Part shown: piece by piece, positions 10,438 through 19,936 of the stretch
Numbering within the stretch: position 1 is the first letter of the stretch
Layout: every line of letters starts with the position of its first letter
Assembly (NCBI GenBank): GCA_963720545.1
Contig: OY970399.1
Location: forward strand, 3,904,001-3,968,000
DNA: 64,000 nucleotides
Direction: 5' to 3'
Source of the DNA: an uncultured Acidobacteriota bacterium
GTDB taxonomy: Bacteria > Acidobacteriota > Vicinamibacteria > Fen-336
Program-made: the position numbers and the translations under genes
The notes under the pieces: model-generated
Told to the model about the DNA's origin: nothing
Databases searched by the model: none
What the model saw: only the letters and a program-made list of their open reading frames with translations

Positions 10438-11016
10438 TCAGGAGACGCGGTTCCAGTCCATGAACCAGTCTTCCTGCCAGGTCTTGCCGCCGTCCTTCGA
10501 CAGCCCCTGGCGCCAGCGGCAGGACGTGGGCGTGATCCGGTCCCACACGCCGCGCGAGATCAGCGTCTGGCCGTTCTCCTCCTCGCTCGCCGTAAACGTG
10601 CCGACGCCGTCGACGAAGGCGCCGCGCAAGCCGTCCGGGCAGCCCAGCACCCCCGATTTCGCGTTCACCCAGTAGTCGTTCCACACCTGCTTCTCGAGGT
10701 CGAGAAGGCGGATGCCCGAGCCCATGAAGTCGCGCGCCGGGACGCGCAACTCCTCGATGCTGCCGACGCCGCCGAGGATGGTGAAGCAGGTGGCCTCGCC
10801 CGCGAAGGTGTCCCACTCGCCCGACTTCTTCGCCTGGCGGTGGCTGATCTTCCATTTACCTGCGAGGAAATCGAAGTCGCCCGGCTTGCCCACGCCCTGT
10901 GGCGCGGCCGGTGCCGGATGCGCCGCAGCCGGCAGTCCGGCAGCGGCGAAGGTGAGAGAAGCTGCGGCGCACTTGAGGAGGGTACGGCGCTCGCTGTCGG
11001 TCGGGCCCTTTGTCAT
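10438..11016 (-). CDS. Tat-exported DUF1579-like protein
   Basis: SERRTLLK twin-arginine signal; DFDFLAGKW...SKDGGKTWQEDWFM; RBS GGGAG upstream. Confidence 0.65.
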   Translation of the reverse strand: MTKGPTDSERRTLLKCAAASLTFAAAGLPAAAHPAPAAPQGVGKPGDFDFLAGKWKISHRQAKKSGEWDTFAGEATCFTILGGVGSIEELRVPARDFMGSGIRLLDLEKQVWNDYWVNAKSGVLGCPDGLRGAFVDGVGTFTASEEENGQTLISRGVWDRITPTSCRWRQGLSKDGGKTWQEDWFMDWNRVS

Positions 11017-11070
11017 GAATAATCTCCCTTGTGTTGGAACAAGCCGTGAACGGCAAGGGTAAAGGGCCAT

Positions 11071-11091
11071 TCCTGACAACGTCCGTCAGGA
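11071..11091. promoter_or_regulatory. Probable binding site of the adjacent WYL regulator
   Basis: Perfect inverted repeat TCCTGAC-N7-GTCAGGA between the divergent genes. Confidence 0.7.
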
Positions 11092-11112
11092 TCTCGGCGG
11101 CGCTCTGAGCGC

Positions 11113-12129
11113 ATGCGCGCGAGCCGGCTGCTCTCGATACTGGTGCTCCTGCAGCTGCGGGCGCGGTTGACGGCCGAGGCCCTCGCCGCGGAGTTCGAGG
11201 TTTCGGTGCGCACCATCTACCGCGACATCGAGGAGCTCGGCGCAGCCGGAATCCCGGTCTACGGAGACCGCGGCCCGGGCGGCGGCTTCCAGCTGCTCGA
11301 CGGATGGCAGACCCGCCTCACCGGCCTGGCGCGCGACGAGGCGGAGGCGCTCTTCATGATCGGCATGCCGGGGCCGGCCGCGGCCCTCGGCCTCGGTTCG
11401 GCGGCGGCCGCGGCGCGCAACAAGCTGCTCGCGGCGCTGCCCCAGGCGTGGACCGGCGGCGCCCTGCGCATCGCGGCGCGCTTCCACCTCGACCCCGTCG
11501 ACTGGTACCGCGCCGCGGAGGCGGCCGGGCACCTGCCGCGCGTGGCGCGCGCGGTGCTCGATGAGCGGCGCATCCGCTTCTCGTACGAGAGCTGGAGGGG
11601 GCAGAGGCTGCGGGTGGTCGAGCCGCTCGGCCTGGTGCTGAAGGCCGGTGCCTGGTACCTCGTCGCCGGCAGCGGCGCTTCGGTCCGCACCTACAAGGTG
11701 GCGAACATCCGCAAGCTCGCCGTGCTCGGCGCCACCCAGGCGTTCGTGCGCCCGGCCGGCTTCGACCTCGCCGTGCACTGGGCCGAGTCGCTGCGGCAGT
11801 TCGAGGCCGCGCTGCGCCCGGAGGTCGCGGTCCTGCGCGCATCGCCGCAGGGCCGCGTGCGCCTCGCGCGCCTCGGTGCCTGGGCTGCGGCGGCCGTGAA
11901 GGCGGCATCGCCTCTGCGCGGCGCGCGCGGGCTGATGCGGGTGCGACTGCCGATCGAGAACGTCGAGGACGCGGCCCTCCTGCTGCTCGGCATCGGGCCA
12001 CAGGTCGAGGTGGAGGCGCCCAGGGCGCTGCGCGAGCGCCTGGCGCAGCTCGCCGCGGAGATCGTGAGGAAGGCTGGCCCGCGCGCGCACACGAGGCGCA
12101 CGCGGGCTGGCGCTTACGGGAGCCGCTAG
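11113..12129 (+). CDS. YafY-like HTH-WYL-WCX transcriptional regulator
   Basis: MRASRLLSIL...FEVSVRTIYRDIEEL...GPGGGF wHTH; VEPLGLVLKAGAWYLVA WYL domain. Confidence 0.93.
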   Translation: MRASRLLSILVLLQLRARLTAEALAAEFEVSVRTIYRDIEELGAAGIPVYGDRGPGGGFQLLDGWQTRLTGLARDEAEALFMIGMPGPAAALGLGSAAAAARNKLLAALPQAWTGGALRIAARFHLDPVDWYRAAEAAGHLPRVARAVLDERRIRFSYESWRGQRLRVVEPLGLVLKAGAWYLVAGSGASVRTYKVANIRKLAVLGATQAFVRPAGFDLAVHWAESLRQFEAALRPEVAVLRASPQGRVRLARLGAWAAAAVKAASPLRGARGLMRVRLPIENVEDAALLLLGIGPQVEVEAPRALRERLAQLAAEIVRKAGPRAHTRRTRAGAYGSR

Positions 12130-15100
12130 AAGCTGATCAGCAGGCCGAGCATGAACTTGCTGAACGCGAGGTCGGGCGAGGCGGTGATCGCCCGGTTGTA
12201 GTCGTAGGCGGCCTCGAACGAGAAGCGCTTGCCGGCCGGCAGGTTGACGCCCACGCCGACGTTGAAGCCGGCCTCGAAGCTGCCGGGGTCGAAGTGGTAG
12301 AGGTCGGGGCCGAGGTTCACGAACAGCCGCAACGGGTCGCCGGGGTTGAACGTGTACTTCGCGTTCGCGCCGAGGCGCCACACCTTGAAGTCGGCGGCCG
12401 AGTTGACGCCGTCGAAGCGCGCGCGGCCGAGCCGCAGGTCGAAGGCGAGCTTGGCAGAGACGTTGTTGACGAAGTCGAGGTCGAGCGTCGAGCCGGTGCC
12501 GGCAACGTTGCCGAACGCGCCGTGGGCGTCGACGAGCCCCGCGTGGATGCTGAATGCCGGTGGCGTGCGCGCGGTCAGGGTGCGCGTCACGAGCGGAGTG
12601 TCGGGGTCGTTGCTCGCCACCTGAAGTTGGCACGACTTCGGCCCGGGAAGCTGCGGGGTGAACTCGATCGTCAGGTCGGTGCAGGCGGCCGGCGCCAGCG
12701 TCTTCGGCAGTGGATTGCCGCTGAGCGTGAAGTCGGCGCAGTCGATGGCTGCGCTGGTGACGGTGAGCGGGCACTGGCCCACGTTGCACGCGGTGACCGT
12801 GCGCTCGCCGGGGCTCCATGCCGACACCACGCCGAACGCAGTTGATCCGGTGACTGCGATGTCCTTCTCGGTGCCGCTGCCGCTCGCGGTGACCGCGACG
12901 GCCGGCGTCTCGGGATCGTTGCTCGAGATCGTGAGGGTTGCGGTTTGCGGGCCCTGCGCCGTCGGCGCGAATGACGCCTTGAACGGGAAGCAGGCGCTGG
13001 GAGCGACAGTTACGGGATATCCCGCCGACGGCGCCAGCACGGAGAACTGCGGGTTCGACGAGGCGATGCCGCTGACGATGAGGTCGGCCGAGCCGGTGTT
13101 GCAAACGTTGAGGTCGGCCAGCGCGCTGCTCGCAAGGCATTGCGGCGCGAAGGCGACACCCCCCGGCACCTGGATGGCAGGCGCCGACACGCGCGCGGTC
13201 GCCACCACCGCGAAACCCTGTCCCGGTGCGCCGACGTTCACGGCCGCGCCGCCCACGCGGATCGTCCAGGTGCCGGTCTGCGGAGCGTTCACCACCACCT
13301 GCTCGACGTTGTTCAGGTTGTCCGGCGCGCCGCCCGGAGTCGACTGGCCGGCGGCGAACGCGTTGCCGCGGAACGTCGTCGCATCGGGTGCCGTCACCGT
13401 GAGGTCGAGATCGTTGACACGCGGCGCCGCGGCGCCGGCGGTGCCCGGCGGGTCGCTCCACGCGAGCGTTATCCGCAGTGGCTCGGTGCTCGCCGCCACC
13501 TCGATCGTGAACGCCTGGAACTCGCCGGTGGCGACGCCGTCGGCGTTGCGCACGTCCCACGAACGCAGGCGCCGCGGCGCGCCGGAGAAGAACAGCACGT
13601 TGTTGAGCCGCGCGATGCCCCAGCCTTCGGTGACGCTTGGATAGCCGGTCTCGCCGGCCATGTCGAGGGTGCCGTTCAGCAGCGTCGCCTTCAGCAGGGC
13701 CCCGGTGGGGGTGCGCGCATCCTGCGGCCGCGCCGTGCCGGTGGGGTACCAGCCTTCGGTGTAGTACTGACGGATCAGCGCCACGGTCGCCGAGGCGGCC
13801 GGCGTCGCCCAGCTGGTCGCACACACGTTGGGGCTGCCGGGCCACGTCTGTACGCCGCAGCCGCTGGCGGCGATCGCCGAGGTGATGGCGCAGCCCGGAG
13901 TGACCACGTCGGGCTTGCGGCGGCCGTCGGCGGTGGGCCCGGGATTGCCGTCGCCCACCGTGCCTTCGTTGGGATCGCGCAGCGAAGCGTTCACGCCGAC
14001 CGAGTCCTTCGCAGTGCCGGGCGGTCCCTGCTCCTCGCCGTTGTTGCCCATGGAGCCGAGCACCAGGTGGTCCTCGTTGTTCCACATGAAGGTGTCCACG
14101 TCTTCGGCGGTCTGGTTGTAGGTCGCCGGGTTGCCGGCGCCGGCGGTGTTGTCGTGCCAGCTGTTCGAGTGGATGCGTGCGCCGAGGCCGGCATTGTTGT
14201 TGAGGGTGTTGAGCAGCACGCCGCCGTTGGTAGCCGAGACCAGGCGCGCGGCCCAGGCGTTGCCGCGGTTCAGGCCGGTGCCGGGATTGTTGAAGTCGTC
14301 GCCGGCAAGTATTCCCGCGACGAAGGTGGCATGCGCGGTGGCGGTGCCGCCGGCGACCGCCAGCATCTTGCGGTGCAGCGGGCCGGCCGCCGGGTTCGCC
14401 GGGTCGTTGAACATGCAGTGCGCGATGTCCACCGGGCCGCCGTCGATCACCGCGGCCACCTGGCCTTCGCCATGCAGCCCGCGGTTCCAGACGGGCGTGG
14501 TGCCCGGGGTGCCCGACTGGATGGTGCCGGCAGTGTTGCCGTTGTCCTCGATGCGCTCGGCGACCTCCTCGATGAAGCGCACTGCCTCGAGGCGCGCCAC
14601 CGCCGGCAGCGACTCGCGCGTGGCCAGGTGGAACTCGACGCGCGGCGCGCCGTGCTGCTGGCGCAGGTCCCAGGCCTGCACTTCGCTGGCGCCGGGCAAC
14701 GCACGGATCGCGGCTGCCACGGGCGCGGGATCGGCATCGGCGAACAGGATCGCGCGCAGCAGCAGGCCAGGGGCGGCGCGCCGCTCGGGGCTGCGCAGCG
14801 GCACGCGGCCGATGCGCGGCGAGATCTTGTAAGCCGGCTGCCAGGCAGCCACTGCGCGCACCAGCGGCGAGCGGCGCAGCGCGGCGAGCTGCGCCTGCGG
14901 CACGCGCTCCAGGTACGCAAGGTTCGGGATGTAGCGGTCGAGCGCGAGGCCGAACTCCTTCGTCAGGGCGGCGCGCTGTGCGCGCGTCAGCGGCGCCTTC
15001 ACCTGCACCAGGAAATGTTCGGTTGCAGAATCGGCGACGCGCAGTCCTTCCGCGACGCGGGCGGGCCCGCGCAGCGGATCGAACGCGCCGGTTTCCAGCA

Positions 15101-15224
15101 CGATGCGCATGTCCTGCGCCGGTTGCACTCCTTGCGCAGCCGCGGGACACGGCAGGATCGTGAGAAGGAGGAGGGCTAGTGAAACTGCCGCGGCAAGGCG
15201 GCGTGTGAACCTTCGAGACACCAT
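12126..15224 (-). CDS. Secreted KP-43-type S8 subtilase with PPC-like domain, two Ig-like (ASH/choice-of-anchor D-like) domains and a C-terminal outer-membrane beta-barrel
   Basis: Signal peptide and prodomain; GLHGEGQVAAVID, HATFVAGILAG, IHSNSW, GNNG, KPDVVTPG, ATSWATP; LAWSDPPG...VNDLDL...NNVEQV; amphipathic strands ending GLLISF. Confidence 0.85.
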   Translation of the reverse strand: MVSRRFTRRLAAAVSLALLLLTILPCPAAAQGVQPAQDMRIVLETGAFDPLRGPARVAEGLRVADSATEHFLVQVKAPLTRAQRAALTKEFGLALDRYIPNLAYLERVPQAQLAALRRSPLVRAVAAWQPAYKISPRIGRVPLRSPERRAAPGLLLRAILFADADPAPVAAAIRALPGASEVQAWDLRQQHGAPRVEFHLATRESLPAVARLEAVRFIEEVAERIEDNGNTAGTIQSGTPGTTPVWNRGLHGEGQVAAVIDGGPVDIAHCMFNDPANPAAGPLHRKMLAVAGGTATAHATFVAGILAGDDFNNPGTGLNRGNAWAARLVSATNGGVLLNTLNNNAGLGARIHSNSWHDNTAGAGNPATYNQTAEDVDTFMWNNEDHLVLGSMGNNGEEQGPPGTAKDSVGVNASLRDPNEGTVGDGNPGPTADGRRKPDVVTPGCAITSAIAASGCGVQTWPGSPNVCATSWATPAASATVALIRQYYTEGWYPTGTARPQDARTPTGALLKATLLNGTLDMAGETGYPSVTEGWGIARLNNVLFFSGAPRRLRSWDVRNADGVATGEFQAFTIEVAASTEPLRITLAWSDPPGTAGAAAPRVNDLDLTVTAPDATTFRGNAFAAGQSTPGGAPDNLNNVEQVVVNAPQTGTWTIRVGGAAVNVGAPGQGFAVVATARVSAPAIQVPGGVAFAPQCLASSALADLNVCNTGSADLIVSGIASSNPQFSVLAPSAGYPVTVAPSACFPFKASFAPTAQGPQTATLTISSNDPETPAVAVTASGSGTEKDIAVTGSTAFGVVSAWSPGERTVTACNVGQCPLTVTSAAIDCADFTLSGNPLPKTLAPAACTDLTIEFTPQLPGPKSCQLQVASNDPDTPLVTRTLTARTPPAFSIHAGLVDAHGAFGNVAGTGSTLDLDFVNNVSAKLAFDLRLGRARFDGVNSAADFKVWRLGANAKYTFNPGDPLRLFVNLGPDLYHFDPGSFEAGFNVGVGVNLPAGKRFSFEAAYDYNRAITASPDLAFSKFMLGLLISF

Positions 15225-15315
15225 TTCGAAACCTCCAAGCGTCGGGATGTGCGCAAACTACCCACTCGGAGCGGTTCGAGTCTTCACACTTCGGTCAGGA
15301 TTTGATGCGAACGCG

Positions 15316-16366
15316 TCAGGCGCGGCCGGGCACGGCGGTCGCGGCGCGCCGCAGCCACCGGTCGAAGAACCAGTTGCCGATGCGGCACTTGCCGAGCGCC
15401 GTGACGATGTAGCCCATGCGCTCGAGGCCATAGAGGAGCGAGTCGATGCGCTCCGGACCGCCGAGGCTGCTGGTGAGGGTCGTGATCGTCACCTCGCCCT
15501 CGCGCGCGATCGTCAGCAGCATCTCGCGCTCGTCCTTGCCGAGCGTCTGGAAGTCGACCGCGAAGAAGTTCGCGACCATTTCGTCGGCGGCCACCTGCGA
15601 CAGGGTCGCGCCGAGGTCGCGGCTCTCGAACAGGCGGCTCGCGATGAGCTGCACCAGGAACGGGTTGCAGCCGGTGCGGTCGATGATGGTGGCGCGCTCG
15701 TCGCCGGTGAAGTTGCCGCGCGCCAGCAGCTCGCCGGTCTCCTCGGGGGTCAAGCGGCGTCAGGTAGACGGGCGGGATGAAGCCTTGCAGGAACGGGGAA
15801 GTGGCGAAGCTCGTGGTCTCGTCGATCATCGCGAGCCTCTTGGTGGAGGTGAGCACCGAGCGCAGGTCGGGGCCCTTTTGCAGGATGCGCCGCAGCCGCG
15901 CCAGCACCACCGGCGCCTGTTCGGCGACCGTCAGCAGCTCCTCCGCCTCGTCCACCAGCAGCAGCATGCGCCAGCCGCTCTTGACGGTGCGGCGCGCCAG
16001 CGTCGTGAGCATGTCGGGCACCGTGAGGCCCTCGAGCTGGTCGATCTCGACGTCGGTGGCGCGGCGGAACGGGTCGCTGTCCTCGACGCTCTCCAGCAGG
16101 CTGTCGGCCAGCCCGCGGGCGTCGCCGCTGCCCTGCAGGTCCCAGTAGAGCGGCGCGTAGGGGGTCTGCGGATTCTGCAGCACCCGGTACTCGAGCTCCT
16201 TCAGGAGGCTGGTCTTGCCGAGGCGGCGTGCACCCACCACCCACAGCGAGTCGCGTTCGCCGTCGAGGATCTGGCGCACCAGGGAGCCGCGGCCGAAGAA
16301 GTTCTCGCCGCGCACCCAGCTGCCGGCGACGTACGGATTGCGCGCTTCGCTCACCACGCTGCCCAT
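15316..16366 (-). CDS. Soluble P-loop ATPase (AAA+/STAND-like) with C-terminal winged helix; apparent +1 frameshift near 15751
   Basis: NPYVAGSWVRGENFFGR, Walker A GARRLGKTS, Walker B LLVDEAE, TGCNPFLVQ; frames join at CCG CTT G ACC CCC. Confidence 0.8.
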
Positions 16367-16370
16367 TCTC

Positions 16371-18829
16371 TCAGGAGACCGCTTGTGCGGCGCTGCCCCC
16401 CGCTTCGTCGGGGGCATCGCCTTCGCGCCCCTCTTCGTAGACGAAGGCTTCGCCGGCCGCTGCGATGTCGGCCGCGGTGACGGTCGAGCGGCCCTCCTCG
16501 AGCATGCGGTTGACCGCATGGATGCACAGCCGCTGGATCGCGTACGGCTTCATGCCGCTGATCCGCAGCACCGCCTCCACCGCGTCGCCCTGGTAGCGGA
16601 AGATGCCCTGGACCGGCTCGCGGATCAGCCCCTCGGCCTCTTCGCGCGAGAACTCCTTCAGCTCGATCTCGTCGAAGAAGTTGTACCAGGGGCTGCCTTC
16701 GCTCTTCCAGTTGCGGCGGATGCCGACGCCGCTCATCACCGCCACCAGGTGCTCGGAGAAGGTCTTCATGAAGATGCTGCGCAGCCGCTGGTTGACGCGG
16801 TCGGAGTACTCGTTCAGCACGTCCACCTCGTCGATGAGCAGCGCCAGCTTGACCTTCTTGGCGGTGCGTCCCTTCAGGTCCTCGATGACGCGCTGCAGGT
16901 CGTGCGCAGAAGTCGCGGCCGTCGTAGTCGTCGTCGTCGGGGCCGAACTTGCAGCGCCGCCATGGCCTCGGGCGAGGGCACCGTGGTCTCGACCACGTCG
17001 GCCATCACGGTGTGGAAGAACGCGGCTTCGGGAACGCCCTGCAGGTCGGAGGCGACCGGGAAGAAGCGGTAGTCGTCGCGGTCGTCCTTCTCGAGCGCCT
17101 TCTTCAGGTGGTGCAGCAGGCTGGTCTTGCCGATGCGTCGCTCGCCCGTGATCATCAGGCTGTTGTGGTGCAGGACGTTGAGGATCCGTGTCAGCAGCTT
17201 CTGCCGGCCGAAGAACATGTCGTCGGCGAGCACCGGCGCGCCGGCGATGTAGGGGTTGAAGCGCCGGTTGACCGCGCGCCGCCGTCGCACGCGCTGCATC
17301 GCGAAGCCGGCGCCGACGAGACCGAGGGCGGTGAGCGCCGCCGCCGGCAGGAAGGCGCGCGTCTCGTAAAAGCGCAGCTGCCGCGTGATGGTGAACGGCT
17401 GCGAGGCGCGCAGCCCCTGGGCGTCGGTCGCGACGATCAGCAACTCGTTGGCGCCGGGCGCCAGCGGGAAGGTGCTGTTGATCGCCTGGGTGCGGGCCGG
17501 CTCGCCGTCTTCGACCGCGGTCGGCCGCAGGTCGGCGACCAGCGCCTGGTTGAGGTAGATCTCGACGCGCGAGAGTTGCCGCTCGTCGCTGACCACCGCC
17601 TCCACCTTGACCGTCGGCTGGTCCACCTTCGGCTGCGGCACCGACGGCGCCATCATGACGATGAGCGGCATGCGGTTGGGGAAGAAGCGCGCCAGCAGCG
17701 AGGCCGCCGTCAGCTCCAGCGAGCGCTCGCGGCGCTGCGCGGCGCGTGCGTTCTGCGGGTCGAGGCGCAGGATTTCCTCGTAGCGCAGCTCGGCCTCGGG
17801 ATGCCTGCCGCTCGTGAACAGGGCATCCGCTTCCGACTCGAGACGGCTGATCTCCGCGCGGCGATCGGTCTCGACGCGCAGGCTGTTGACCCGGTCCTCG
17901 GCCTGGGCGCGCAGGCGGCGCGCTTCGGCGTTCCCGGGATCGGCGGCCGCCTCGGTGAGCGGGCGCAGCGCGTCGGCGAACTGCCCCGCGGCGAACAGGC
18001 GCTTGCCTTCCTCGAACTTGCCGGCGAGCTCCGCCTTCGAAGTGGTTTGCCGCAGCTGCTCCTGCGCGGCGGCGATGCCTTCCTGCGCCTCGCGGTTGAC
18101 GGCGTCGAGCGACAGCACCTCGGTGAACTTGAGGATGGCGTCGGTCTCGTTGCCGGCGCGCACCGCCGCCTTCGCCTCGTCGAGCGCCGTCTGCAGGCGC
18201 CGCGCGCGGGTCTGACGCTCAGCGGCCATGCGGCGCTCCTCGAGCAGGTCGTTCTTGCGCTTCTCGATCGACGGGATGAGCGCGGGGTTGATCTTCTGGT
18301 AGATCGACTCCGCCTTGGTCCAGGCGGCGAGCGCCTCGTCGTCGCGGCCGGCGCGGCGCTTGTCGTCGCCTTCCTTCAGGAAGCGCTCGGCTTCGTCGCG
18401 CGCGGCGCGGATCTGGTTCTGCTCGCTTTGCGACTTCACCTCGGCCTGGCGCGCCTGCAGCTTCTGCCACAACTCGGCGCGCTTCTTGATGATGCCCTGT
18501 GTTTCCTCGGAGCCGAACATCGCCACCGCGCGGTCGTTGTCGCCGCGCTCCAGGTAGCAAAGGCCGAGGTAGTAGTAGGGCGTGTAGTCGACGAAGTCGA
18601 CGCCGTAGGTGCGCACGCTCAGCTCCGAGCGCGGCCGCAGTTCCACGGCCTTCTGCAGGTCGGCGAGCGCCGCGGGGGTGCACTGGCCGGCGCGGAAGTT
18701 GCGGCCGCGGTCGTCGATGGCGCGCTGGTAGTAGACGTACCACTCGTCGGCCGCGCGCGCCGGGACGGCGCGCAGGCCGAGGTGGGTGGCGACCAGGAGG
18801 CAGGCGGCGACAATACGTCCGGACGGCAT
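16371..18829 (-). CDS. Transmembrane protein: signal peptide, TPR repeats, Ig-like domain, TM helix, cytoplasmic P-loop ATPase; two apparent +1 frameshifts near 16951 and 16908
   Basis: PYYYLGLCY and other TPR-like helices; LAPGANELLIVATD Ig domain; TM helix then RRRR; NPYIAGAPV...FFGR, GERRIGKTS; corrected frame gives LLIDEVD and SGMKPYAIQ. Confidence 0.8.
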
Positions 18830-18864
18830 GCTGCGGACCTTACGCCCCTGCGCTGCCGCCCGTG

Positions 18865-19926
18865 CTACTTCTCGTACATCGCGGCAATCAGGGCCCCGCG
18901 CGCGGTGGCGGTGAGGGGATCCTTGGCGAGACGCACGCCGGCGATCTCGATGGGCAGCGGCCTGGCCTTCATGGTGCGCTCGAACAGCTCCTTGAAGCCC
19001 TTGGCCTTGGCGGTGCCGCCGGAAAGCACGATCGGCAGCGGCCGGTCGGTGCGCGGCAGCTTGTCGGTCGCGGCCAGCGACTTGCGCAGCGAGTCGACCA
19101 GCGCGTCGACCAGATCCTCGTAGTAGATGTTGAGGGCCTTCTCGATCTTGTCCTTGCCGGGACGGCCGAGGTCGAGCCCCTCTTCCTTCGCCATCTTCAC
19201 CCGCGTCGCCGACTCGGCAACCACCGCACCCACCGAGGCGTCGATCGAATCGCCGCCCTTCTGGAGGCTGTACATGATGGCCGGGATCGACAGGAAGGCG
19301 AGGGCGACGTTGCACATGCCACCGCCGCAGGAGATGCCGATGCCGCTGAAGTTGTTGTCCTCGAGTTCGCTGAAGACGACTGCCAGGCCCTCGTTGACCG
19401 CAACCGCGCGGTAACCGAGGCCGTCGAAGTACTTGCGCAGCGTGGCCTCGTGGTAGGTGAGCTCGCTCTCACGGCCGTCGGGCGCCGCGGGCACCGAGAA
19501 CGCCAGCACGTCGCCCTGGCCCTTGGCCTTCGGCACCACGTTCTGCACGATCACGTCGAGCACCTGCATCGCCGACTTCTCGCGCGCGTTCAGCAGGCCG
19601 AAGGCCATGGGCCGGCGGCTCTCCGCGCCGAACATGTTGGCGAACTTGTCGGTGGCGTCGCCGTAGACGACGATCTCCTCGCCGTCGCGGTAGTAGGGAA
19701 TGTTCTGCTGGCCGAGGATCGTCTCGGTGAAGCGCGAATACGGCACCTGGATGAACGCGTTCAATTGCGCCACCGTCTCGACCCCGTTGCCGCGCTTGCG
19801 GGCGGCGACGATGCGGCTCGTTCCGACATCGACGCCTTGGGGACTGCTACCCTTCTGGGCTTCCTCGTTCATCCGCTCCTCCGCATCGGGTTGCACCTTC
19901 CACAACTGATCCTTGCGTTCTTCCAT
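18865..19926 (-). CDS. Actin-fold ATPase, volactin-like
   Basis: Phosphate-1 GVDVGTSRI, connect-1 NEGLAVVFSEL, phosphate-2 GISCGGGMCNV, adenosine IVLSGGTA, connect-2 DPLTATARGALIAA. Confidence 0.85.
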   Translation of the reverse strand: MEERKDQLWKVQPDAEERMNEEAQKGSSPQGVDVGTSRIVAARKRGNGVETVAQLNAFIQVPYSRFTETILGQQNIPYYRDGEEIVVYGDATDKFANMFGAESRRPMAFGLLNAREKSAMQVLDVIVQNVVPKAKGQGDVLAFSVPAAPDGRESELTYHEATLRKYFDGLGYRAVAVNEGLAVVFSELEDNNFSGIGISCGGGMCNVALAFLSIPAIMYSLQKGGDSIDASVGAVVAESATRVKMAKEEGLDLGRPGKDKIEKALNIYYEDLVDALVDSLRKSLAATDKLPRTDRPLPIVLSGGTAKAKGFKELFERTMKARPLPIEIAGVRLAKDPLTATARGALIAAMYEK

Positions 19927-19936
19927 TATCTAGGGC

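Noticed and set aside
11113..12129. WYL protein as regulator of a CRISPR, CBASS or BREX locus
   Set aside because: It is a YafY-type HTH-WYL-WCX protein with a divergent small target gene; no defence genes or repeat arrays are present.
11086..15150. Very long alternative-frame ORFs (e.g. 1354 aa at 11086-15150, 1017 aa at 24646-27699, 871 aa at 33181-35796, 854 aa at 44484-47048)
   Set aside because: Arg/Ala/Pro/Gly-rich shadow frames typical of high-GC DNA that overlap well-supported genes; where they contain real motifs (e.g. coaD at the end of the 1017-aa ORF) the true start is internal.
15316..18829. Avs/NLR-type anti-phage system
   Set aside because: No nuclease, TIR, SIR2 or protease effector is fused, the TPRs are N-terminal and apparently exported, and the neighbourhood is not a defence island; it cannot be fully excluded.
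18865..19926. Annotation as mreB or ftsA
   Set aside because: It lacks MreB signatures (DLGTAN, VDIGGGT) and the FtsA 1C domain, and is not in an mreBCD or dcw context.
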